This document shows positions 53,307 through 64,000 of a DNA stretch of 64,000 nucleotides, piece by piece. Source of the DNA: Paramecium tetraurelia (lineage: Eukaryota); NCBI GenBank assembly GCA_000165425.1, contig CT868650.1, positions 1 to 64,000 of the forward strand, in the 5' to 3' direction. A model generated the notes under the pieces. It was not told where the DNA came from and searched no databases. It was given only the letters and a program-made list of their open reading frames with translations. Positions within the stretch are counted from its first letter, which is position 1, and the number at the start of each line of letters is the position of its first letter. The position numbers and the translations under genes were made by a program.

Positions 53307-53573
53307 AATAATAATTAATTATAATTAACATATTCTAAATTCTCTAATTAATAATAAGAACTAATAAAAGTATAATAAGTATTATAGATCTCATCAATTA
53401 ATGAAGATTTCTTATATTTCTAAATTGTAACTATGTGGTATATGTTTCATCATATTTAGTATGATTATCTCAGATGCTCTAAAATAAAAGTCGGATTAAA
53501 TAGGTGCTTAAAATCCTGAAAGATAGATTATGCAAATAAATATAATTTTTATAGATATATATAATTAATTAAA

Positions 53574-54704
53574 ATGAAACCATCAGCTTAACCTCCTCGT
53601 TCAAATTAATATAGGGCAAACTCTCGAGAAGGGAGACTCAATTTTGCTCAACAAGCAGAAATGAATCTTCGCGGAGATTTTAAACCTTAAGTACCTTAAG
53701 AGCCATAAAGGCCCATACAAAGAAGTAATAGTTATAGTCGCAACAACGCGTAACGTCCAGCTACTTAAGAGGAAATAAGATCAGCTTTAACTTTGTTAAA
53801 AGCAAAGCGAGATAGAGATAGAAAATATACTCAAATTCCATAAGATGTGCCAGATCGAGACGTTTACTAAGCACCCCCTTTGATGAAAGCTTAAAGTTAT
53901 TAGCCTCAAACAATATCATATGAAGATATTGTAGCTAAGGAGGACAAGAAGCCTATTGAGATTAATGAATTTGAAGATGATGATGAAGAGTTACTTGAGT
54001 GTCCTGATGGTTGTGGAAGGAAGTTTAAAAGGTCTGCTTTGTAGAAGCATATTAAGATTTGCAAGAAGGTATTTCAAGAGAAGAGAAAAGCGTTCGATAC
54101 CAAAGAACATCGAATACTCAATCCTGATCATGCTAAATTATTATAGAAACAAGAGTAGGAAGAAAAGATTTGTAATATATTGCATTTATTGAAGAGTAAC
54201 TGCAACAATAGAAAAAAAAATAAACCTAAACTAAAATGGATGATAGACCAATATAAGGTTAAAAAAAACCTAAATGGAAATTGCAATCTGAACAATTCAG
54301 AGCAGCAATGAAAATAAATAAAGGAGTACCACTTACTCAATAGGAATAAGTACATGAATCACTAAGTCTAGGTTGCCATCGAAGAAGTGGATGACAGAGT
54401 ATAGTGTGAACATTGTGGCAGAAAATTTAATGAGCAAACAGCCTTGAAACACATTCCATCATGTAAGGAAAAGTCTATGATAAATCAAATGAAGAAGAAA
54501 TCTCAATAGATGTTACCACCCCAACAGAATACTATCAAGTCTCAGTTTAATGCTACTAACAATTTCCAGAAACAACAACAATAACCTTAATAACAAACCA
54601 ACAATATCAGGAACAACGTCAACTTGAATGGAACAAATAATACATTCACAAGTACTTAAACTGCATCAAGAAGGCCTCCTCCTTCTTCTTCAAAAAAGTA
54701 TTGA
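53574..54704 (+). CDS. C2HC zinc-finger protein (ZC2HC1-like)
   Basis: CPDGCGRKF..ALQKHIKICKKVF..KRKAFD; KWKLQSEQFRAAMK; QCEHCGRKFNEQTALKHIPSC. Confidence 0.88.
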
Positions 54705-54733
54705 ATATAATTAATTATATTTATAATTTATAA

Positions 54734-57700
54734 TCAATGTAAATAATCAACATTCTTCAAGTATTTCATATAACTCCCTACATCGAAGTTTGATGCTGTT
54801 TGGTTAGCTGAAGAATTGTTGTGAATTGGAATTTTTTAAGCGGACTTAGGCTTTTCCACTTTATTTTTTTGGACAGGCTTAGCAGGAAATGCAGTGGTTT
54901 AAGAGAATCCTTATGTACTATTTTAAGCTATTTCAGATCTTAAATGAGATAAGGTCTTATGCATTTAGGTTAATTAATTCTTTTCTTATTCAATCTATAT
55001 TTTTTCTTATTGGTTTAAGGTCAACTATTAATGCAATTCTAGTTTTTATTTTTAGATTGTCTCCTTTTCCTATTAATAAATTTGTCTAAACTCCTATACA
55101 TTACTAATTTCCTTATGGTAAAGCTACTCTTTTTCGTTAATTTCTTTTAATTTTTACAATAATTATTATCTCTCCCCATCAACCAAACCCAATTTTCTGG
55201 AATACTCAGCATGTAGACTAGTGACTTGATTACTTTTCATATCTAAATCTCTTTATAATGCAATGAGTTGCATTTCCTTAGCTCCATTTTTTTATTGTTA
55301 TTTTTCAATATCTGAATATTTTTATTGAATGATCTGATTATTTTTCTAAGTAAATTCATGATATTCATTCTTTTGCTGTTCAAATAATTATTTTTCTAAA
55401 TCCAGCTGTCTTAATTTATTTTAAGCTTACGAATTCATTTCATTTTTTAATAGTTCAAGCTCATTTCTAACTAATATAATTTAATTTACTTCTATCTCTG
55501 TATAAACATGCTCTCTTACTCTAATCTTTTCTTAGTTTCTATTTCCAAGGTTCTTAACGACTCCTTTATATCTTATAACAATTATTTCTCGCTCTACAAT
55601 GATCTCTTGTCTCCTTCCATGGATGCTTGAAACAATTACTCCCTTCTACTAATGTCATCTTAAATGTTTTGGAGTCTCCTCTTCTCACTTTCAACGTAGG
55701 ATTTCTCTTTTTCTAAGGATGTCTCTTGGTCGTTGATCTCACATTTTTACTTCTTTTCAAATAATCTTATCTTTTCTTAAGCCTATTATTCATGTTTTTG
55801 ATATAATTGATTTTTAAGTGTCTCCAATTCTTTAGCACTATCTTTAATTTTATCTGCCAGATGATCCAATTGCCTCTATTCTCCTAATTGTTATCTCATT
55901 ATTTCATTCTAATTTTTATAAATTTCAAATGGTTACTTCTAATTTCACAGCATCAACAGCTCTCTATTTATCTCTTTCATAATCATTCTTCAATTATTCT
56001 CTTTCTTTAATGAAACTTCTTTCTGCCTCCAATTTTTCATTAATTATTCTTTGCCTCTCTCTTTTTTCTATTTCTATTTCGTCTTGCAGTTTCTATTTGT
56101 CATTCCTCAGAGCCTGTAAATCATCTTACAATCTATCCTTTTCTTATTTCAGTTGCTTTATTTCATCTTGAAACTTTTGAACATTCAGATTAACAGGAGC
56201 ACTAAGCTGTATTTCTGGTTGTTTGCTTTATTTAATTGAATAATCAGACTAAACTGATTGCTTTTCGACTTCTATTTGTTATGTATTATTTGCAATGGGA
56301 TCTTAACTTGAATTGATATCACTCTTCTAAGGTTGACCCTTGTTTTACGAGAGCATCCTCATTTTTTACCTTCTACTCTATCCCATCGATACTTCCATGT
56401 TGTTGCTTGTGTCTTCAATTTGTGGGGGCGGTGGAGGCAAATCTTTATTAACAATAGTTTTTGGTAGTTAGAATAGATCAGCCATTTTTTGTTTTTTTGA
56501 TTCATCTATAACAGCAGTTTGTGGTCTTTGTCTCGGCACAAAGGAAGATTGTCTATCAACAGGAGAATCTTGAGATTTGAGTATGCTATCAAATTCATAT
56601 GGATCATTAGCTATTTTTTGTGTCTCCAATTTCCTTCATTTAATAAAATTCTATTACGGTGGATCCACAAAAGACCTTCTGTTCCTTTCTCTTGTACTCT
56701 ATGTCTTAATATCATTGTTAAGTTCAATTTGCTCCAATAATTCATCAATATCCTTATACATAATTAATTATATTCAGATTTATTAAAAATGGGTTCTAAA
56801 TTTGTTCGACTGGTCCAATATGAAATTGTATTTCTCATTCATCCTTAGCAATCTCACTATCCTTAATAAGAATTCTATACCATTTAAATCTTCTCTTGAG
56901 TTTTTCAAAGGATCAACATACTCCTTAATTTCCTAAGACTAAGATCTCACTGGGCGTTTAGGATGAGCTGATTTTGGAGAATTCCTAGATGAGATCTTGA
57001 AATTCTGTGATGTATTCATTTTCCTATTAGTATTGACTGTTTATTTTATCTTTTATTCAGACTCTGTTATTTTCTTGGTTGATTGTCGTTTATCATAGGT
57101 TGGTTTTGAACCCATAGCATTTCTATTTTGTTGAGTTCTTTTCGAGTCAATTTAAACAGGTTTTCGTTCCTGTTCCATTACGATTTCTTTATCCAACTTA
57201 GCAATATCATTTAATAATTGTTATTTCTTACTTTACAATTATAAATGAAATTATTAATTCTATACATTTAGTTTATTTTTGATAGGTTTAATTTATGGTT
57301 AAGGTGGTTAATCTATTGATTTTCTTCTGAAATTTTATGAACTTCTTGTTAAATCAATTTATTAAGATTACGCGGTAGAAGAATCAATCTATTGTTTTTT
57401 TATTGCACTCTTCATTGTAGTCTATCTGGACTCATAGAATTCTTTTTATTTGTCTTTAACTTAATCTTTTGTTTTTCTTATTTAATCCTGGGTGATTCTT
57501 TGCCTTTGACATTAAGCTCGATCAGCTTCATCAGTAACCATTTGACTGTAAGTGCAAGTATTGAGAGTTTTGTCCTCTTCACCGATTCCCCTTTGGTTGG
57601 CTGTTGTGAATGTGGTAAGATTATTGTAGAGAGCACTGTCAGCATAAATGTTAATAATCTTAGAAGGAGATTATTCATTTTCGTCTGATGATTTTAGAGG

Positions 57701-57811
57701 ACTTATCTGATCCCTTTAACATTGTGTTTAAGACTGTTTCTACTTGATTCTCAATGCAGAACCATTGGCGAAAGCAGAACTTTGCACTCTAGTCAAAGGA
57801 GATGTTGACAT
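54734..57811 (-). CDS. Large coiled-coil hypothetical protein
   Basis: MSTSPLTRVQSSAFANGS.. start; long E/Q/K/R-rich heptad region; ends FDVGSYMKYLKNVDYLH*; intron structure only partly traced. Confidence 0.7.
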
Positions 57812-57902
57812 ATTAAATTAACTTATTATTTATTTATGCAATTTGGATTTATCATCGGATGATGAGAAGGATATCAAGAATTTATAGGTAATATGTACAT
57901 TA

Positions 57903-60216
57903 TCATAGTTCTGTAAATAGACTTTATCTTTCTTGTTATCTGCCGGGATAGTAATGAGCAGGAGTTCTCTTTTTGGTTCTGCCAGAATCTAGATACCTCT
58001 TCTTTACAAAGAATGCCAAAATAAGTAAGATGACTCCGAATGCCAAATATGAAAATTTAATTCCACCACCACTTGCTTTCTTTTGTGTAACTTGTACTTT
58101 TTTAGAAGTAACTTAAGGTTATTGTGTTTCATTATCATTCTAATTTAATTGAGAGGCATCTTCGTTTTTTGTCACTAATTTCTCTTCCTATTCGCAATTG
58201 ACTTCAATTGGACCCAAATACACTCTACATTTATATATTATAAATATAATACCCATCTTAACATTCATCTCCTGAGATCTTTCTATACCCCTAACTTTTC
58301 AAATAAGTGCCTTTGCATTATTTTGGTTTGATCTCTCTCATTGGGACACAATTAGAATAGACATCTCTTTTGAATCCAACATCACATTCCCAATCAGCCT
58401 TTGAGCAAGGACAACTTTCAGTCTACACTGGCAGATTTGGCTCTTTGTTATAACATTATGCTCTCTGCTTTCTTCTAATATACTTTTCTCTTTTTCCAAA
58501 TAAACACTTGTCTCCAGCATAATTAGTTGGGTACCAGAATTCATAGTCAGAATCTTATTCTCCTGGATTATCAAATCCTTGACACTCTCTAACCATAATC
58601 TAATTTATGTCTAATGAAACAACTATTCCTTTTAATGAACTCGTAGTAAAATCATCTTCCTTAGCCACTCCAAGAGTTTTGCTGTCAGATATGCCATGAA
58701 ATATAAACTTACCATTTTTATATACAACATTAGTTATATCCATTGTAATATTCATCTTAATTTTCTTAAATGTTAGACCTTCATCCCAAGTATATAATAT
58801 TTCACTTGCCTATATCTTCATCACTCACAAATACTATAAGTCCTGTATTTTCAGCAATATCATATATGTGCATACCATCCAATATTTCAAACCATGTGTG
58901 TCCTCCATCCCTACTCAAATAGGTCTTGTATTCATTCCCCAAATAAATTCCAGTGTTTCCAGTTCCAATTGTAATGTATGAATGACTAACAATTCTATTC
59001 CTTGGTGCTTCGCTTCTTCCTAATAGATGTAACGAACAATCTCCATTGCATTAAATAGGTTATCCTTTATAATCATATTTTGGAGCTTTAATAGCATGCC
59101 ACTCTCCTCCTTATTCAAAAAGTAATTCTACTTTATTTATAATTTTCTAATCTTTTAATACCATCTGTGTTTTTTGTAGATCTTCTCAACTTAAATTTCT
59201 CAAATTCAGTATTATCATAAATATTAGCAATGTATATTCCCCTAATGATGAATTCGAAATCACAATTTCCAGTATCCAAACTCCTGACATTATTTAATAA
59301 TGACAATGTATATTTGGTTCCACTTGTGTCACTTTAATATATATTCATAATTTTTGGCATGTCCTCCAAATGAGATATCGATATAAAAATAGATCCATTG
59401 ACAGTATCCAAAACAGTAAATGTGTATTTCTGATGATCTTCAATTGGCAACACCAATTCTACTGGAGTCAGACTTCCTTATTTAATTACTTCCAAATCAT
59501 AGCCTTTGCTAAAAGGATCAGCGTCAATCAAAATAAATAGGTATTCTTTGGTCTAATAAAACCCATAAGAATTATTCCTCAATAATTAGGTAGTTTTGAA
59601 ATAATCATCACTATAACTAACCTATACGTGGCCTTAATCACTCAAATAAGATGCAACAATTCTTGAATCTGGGATTTCTGGCAATTCAATCAATTTATCC
59701 CATATAGCATCCCTGGTTCTGTTCAACACTAGTCTCCAATTAGTGCCATAATCATTGCTTACATACAATCTAGAATTCAATAATGATCTGATACTATTTT
59801 TTATATTTCTCTTTACACAAATTGTCAGTGGTAGCATTGCATCTGAACTCCTTAAATGCCATGAGACTATGGGCTTCTAATGGATTCAATCTGAAATCAT
59901 GCAAAGTCTTTTCATGCTTGAATTTTTAATAGGTTTTCCCACAATTCTGAGTTACATAAGAAGTATCAACATCACCTAATATATAAAGTACTTAAGGATC
60001 TGCTTCTGATTGTAATATTTCTCTTATGGTTAACTAGAATGAATAATCATAATTTACATTTGATATTAACTTGGGCATTTCCGATGTATTGTTTTTGTAT
60101 AGCATACCCTTAGCACTGAGAATGAATGTTTCAGATTTGCACCATACAACTTGTTCAAGTGGTGAATCTAAAATTTTTTGTGAAAACACCACTTGTAGCA
60201 ATAATAATGTTAACAT
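57903..60216 (-). CDS. Sortilin/VPS10-domain sorting receptor (two frame breaks; possible pseudogene)
   Basis: Signal peptide; Asp-boxes SNDYGTNW, SRDGGHTW, TWDEGLTF; 10CC region CLFGKREKYIRRK..CPCSKADWECDVGF; transmembrane helix and short Tyr-containing tail; shifts at ~59117 and ~58812. Confidence 0.88.
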
Positions 60217-60276
60217 AATTAATTTATAAACAGAAGAGTCAAATATCTTTTAAGATAAATATATTTATTGAAATAA

Positions 60277-61586
60277 ATGTTAAGTTCTAAGGCAGGAATA
60301 GATCATGTGTTACGTTAGTTCACCAACAAGAGAGTTTTAATCAGAGTTGATTTCAATGTGCCCATCAAGGAAGGCAAAGTGAAGAATGCCACAAGAATCC
60401 AAGGAGCTATCCCTACTTTGAAAAAGATTCTAGAATAGAATCCCAAGAATGTGACTTTGATGTCTCATATGGGTAGACCAGACGGAAAAAGGTAAAAAAA
60501 GAGATTAATTTTGTAGAGTTGAAAAGGATTCACTTAAGATAGTGGTTCCTAAACTAGAGGAATTGTTGGGCACTAAGATTAATTTTGTTAATGATTGTGT
60601 TGGATCAGAGGCAGTTGAAGCCTCAAATGCTGGAAATGGATAGATCAATTTATTAGAAAATCTTAGATTCCACATTCAAGAAGAAGGAAAAGGTCTTGAT
60701 GCCAATGGAGCCAAGATCAAGGCTGACAAAGAGAGTGTTAAGAAATTTAGAAAGGAATTATCATCTTTGGGAGACATTTATGTTAATGATGCATTTGGTA
60801 CAGCACATAGAGCTCACTCATCCATGGTTGGAATTGATCACAAAGTGAGAGTTGCTGGTTATTTGATGAAGAAGGAACTTGATTATTTTGCTAGAGCCTT
60901 AGAAACACCATAAAGACCATTCCTTGTTATCTTAGGAGGGGCTAAAGTAGCTGACAAAATTCAATTGATTAAATCTATGCTTGATAAAGTAGACGAAATG
61001 ATCATTGGTGGAGGTATGGCCTTTACATTCCTTAAAAAAATACACAATGTTCCCATTGGAAAATCACTCTTTGATGAAGAAGGATATAAAATTGTTGATG
61101 AAACTCTTGCTAAAGCTAAAGAGAAGAATGTTAAGATTCATCTTCCAACTGATTTCGTATGTGGAACTGGATTGGATGCCTCAAGCCCAGTTGCTTTACA
61201 TGATCTTAAATCAGGAATTCCAGATGGATGGTTGGGTTTAGATGCTGGACAATTGACATAAAGAGAAAATGCTGAAGCTATTGGCAGAGCTAAAACAAGT
61301 ATAAATTTAATCTATTTTAATAGTTGTTTGGAATGGACCTTAAGGTGCTTTTGAAATTGAATAATTCAAGAATGGATCAGTTAGTATGTTGAATGCCTTA
61401 GTGAAATAAACATAGAGTGGAGCTACTACAATTGTTGGTGGTGGAGACACAGTTAATCTTGTTGGTGCTAATAAGGCAAATGATAAACTCAGTCATGTTT
61501 CTACAGGCGGTGGTGCTTCTTTGGAATTGTTGGAAGGTAAGATCTTGCCAGGTGTAGAATATCTTACAAATATTAAAGATTTATGA
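60277..61586 (+). CDS. PGK: Phosphoglycerate kinase
   Basis: [68 protein letters not shown]; two introns. Confidence 0.98.
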
Positions 61587-62204
61587 TCATAAAATTATAT
61601 ACATCCAAAGTTATTATTAACAATTTATATCGTTACTTGTGGATGATAATTTAAATGAATGGTATTCCTTCAATGTAACATCACTATCGTAAATAGATTT
61701 AAAACATTTATTAATATAAGGACATTTACATTTCCAATATTCTTATCTTATTTCTCTGTATATCATTGATCGCATATAATTGTGGTATTAAATAGTAAAT
61801 TTAGACATCCTCAATATTGACATAGGAGAGCTGTAAATTGAAATAATCTAAAGGGAGAGACTTTGTAAACTTGGGATTTTCCCAAAATTTATAGAATGAA
61901 TATTTAATAATGATTATGTCAGGTTGATGACGATAGGATGGTTGGTTTGTTATTAGAGTTTGGGATTGCAAAATGGAGTATATACCGAATGGTAATATCA
62001 ATGGAGATGATAAGGATTAACCTAATTGAGAAAGAGTCATCAGTCGAAGATAATATCTATTTTAATTGCAACAATAAGTTAATAATTTATTAAATCATGT
62101 TGGGATTGATTAATCATATTTAATGCATATCATTTTGAAGTGACGGTATTTAATTACGCACAACTCTTATAATAAAATCAGAATAATTTATATTCGAAAT
62201 TAAA

Positions 62205-63069
62205 ATGACATCATCAAGAATCTTGTTGCTTGTTCTTGTGGCTACAGCATCAGCTTTCACATACAATGAGGCAATTGCTAAAGAGAATGCAGCATTGTCT
62301 TTTGCTTCCTATTGTCCAAATGCAGCAATCCATAATTGGTCTGTTGGCTATGTTAGTAAATCATATCCAGATTTGACAAACATTGAAGTTTTCGAGAATC
62401 TTGTTAGCGTAAGACTTTTAAATATTATTTTTAGGGAACAAAAGGATATATTGCATATAACAAAAAAGAATCAGCAATTGTCGTTGTTTTCAGAGGATCA
62501 TCAAATATTCAAAATTGGATTGAGAATATTTCTTTTGGAAAAACCGAATACAACAAAGCATGCAAATGCAAAGTACATACAGGATTCCACGATGCCTTCG
62601 TGTCCCTTAAACCAAAACTTGACTCCTTATTCCCAGGATATGCCACCAAATACCCATATGCAGCCATCCATGTTACAGGACACAGCTTAGGTGGTGCCAT
62701 GGCTACATTATACGCCTTAGAATTGGCTGAAGCAGGAAGAACAGTCGGTTTGTTCACTTATGGTTCCCCAAGAGTCGGAGATCCAGATTTCTATGATTGG
62801 TTCACCAAATACACTAAAATCACCCACTTCAGAGTTGTAAACCAAAACGACACTGTTCCTCATGTATTAAAACTATTTAAACAATTTAGCTTCCATTGTA
62901 TGCTATGGGATTCTATCATCAAGATAGAGAAATCTGGTATCATGATGGAACTCACACAGTTTGCGCAGCCACTAGAGGAGAAGATAAAACTTGCTCATAC
63001 ACTGTCAAATCTACTTCTAATGCTGACCATAGCACTTACATTGGTTTAAGTTCATCAGTTGATTGTTGA
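62205..63069 (+). CDS. Secreted class-3 lipase
   Basis: Signal peptide; VVFRGS, VHTGF, VTGHSLGGA, TYGSPRVG, DTVPH|LP, DHSTY; two introns. Confidence 0.95.
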
Positions 63070-63180
63070 TTTTATTTACATCAGAAACCTATTAAAATTA
63101 ATAGTATTTTATGCTTTGATAGAATGCCTAATTCTAAGTGTTAACATCAATAAATTGATATATATTTAAACAATAATCAT

Positions 63181-64000
63181 TCATTCATTCAGTCCACGAT
63201 AATGCAGTTCTATTCCCTCAGTCGAGTAATTGCTAATCACCTTATTCTCATATTTTTCGCTTATTTATAACATTAATTTTTACATGTTCTATGCTTTCCT
63301 CTTCTTGACAAATACAATTAGAGCAATAATCAAAATGATAATGACGATGGAAACTCCCACCCATTAATAGTTAATTGATACTGTCTCCTAAATTACTTGC
63401 TATTTAGGATTCCATCTAATTGAATTGGTTTCATAATAATAGTCTAATTAAATCAATTGTTCATCTTTATACAATTAAACATCCACTATAATTTAATAAA
63501 TAATATATGATACCAGTCGCTAAAATAGTAAACACTAAGGTTCTTCTCTATTATGGGAATTTCACATCATGCAATGTCACAGAAGCAAAAAGTGTTGTCT
63601 CATTAGTCGTTTAGTTTCGAACTATACTATTATAATTGGATGGATCAGAACAAAAATCAAGAGATAAATCATCGCCCTCACTTTTTTCTTGTAATATGAC
63701 AAAATATTCAATCTATTTCAACTCGAAATATGGATCTTTAAGATCTTAATTAGTGATTTGAATAGGGGCAAATTCAATATATAGAGTTACAGTATCATCA
63801 GGATTCTATAAAAGCTGAGGTGTTAAATATCCCTAAAGTCCTGGGTAGAAGTCATTATAAGGGATTTCCTCTTTTTCATCTACATAATAGACCCTTATTG
63901 TATATTGGGCATTAGTTATTTAACTATTAAGAGTCTTAATGAGATCGAACTTCAAATATGTAATATCTAAGTTCTATATTTAATCGAAGAATCCAAATAC
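63181..64000 (-). CDS. Type-I membrane protein, C-terminal part (5' end outside the window)
   Basis: Open frame from the window edge; transmembrane helix VGVSIVIIILIIALIVFV followed by KKRK and a short tail ending GLNE*. Confidence 0.75.

Noticed and set aside
61700..62100. Purine-rich coding-like patch between PGK and the lipase (similar patches at 13200-13490 and 49850-50100)
   Set aside because: Multiple stops and no identifiable motif; at most decayed gene remnants

Overview
Eukaryotic, very AT-rich DNA that reads as a Paramecium (P. tetraurelia-like) macronuclear scaffold. Genes open only with the ciliate code (TAA/TAG = Gln, TGA = stop), are split by tiny 20-35 nt GT..AG introns and are separated by tens of bases, so the supplied standard-code ORF track is mostly fragmentary or antisense. 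The first ~11 kb is gene-poor and looks subtelomeric. It holds three N gaps, two MORN-variant repeat genes (one decayed), an intronless gene combining an F-box-like motif with a dynein-stalk-like module, and an IS630/Tc1/mariner transposase relic. From ~11.5 kb the window is densely genic. It includes an RBR E3 ligase, RSPH1-like and CFAP92-like proteins, kinesin-13 and kinesin-9, RPB9, calcineurin A, two kinases, a trichocyst matrix protein, Myb, a CDP-DAG synthase, NIF, dual-specificity and PP2C phosphatases, an LRR protein, two identical tRNA-Leu(TAA) genes, RING/B-box, ATP synthase gamma, centrin-like, BTB, ZC2HC1-like, sortilin/VPS10, PGK, a class-3 lipase and pseudogenes (ELMO-domain, MFS). 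The most notable observations are the F-box-like/dynein microtubule-binding-like protein, several candidate PP1-docking proteins (some lipid-anchored), a calcineurin intron ending in AT instead of AG, divergent start codons only 11 and 19 bp apart, and single-base frameshifts in otherwise intact genes. All calls come from manual translation and motif recognition; no database search was run.
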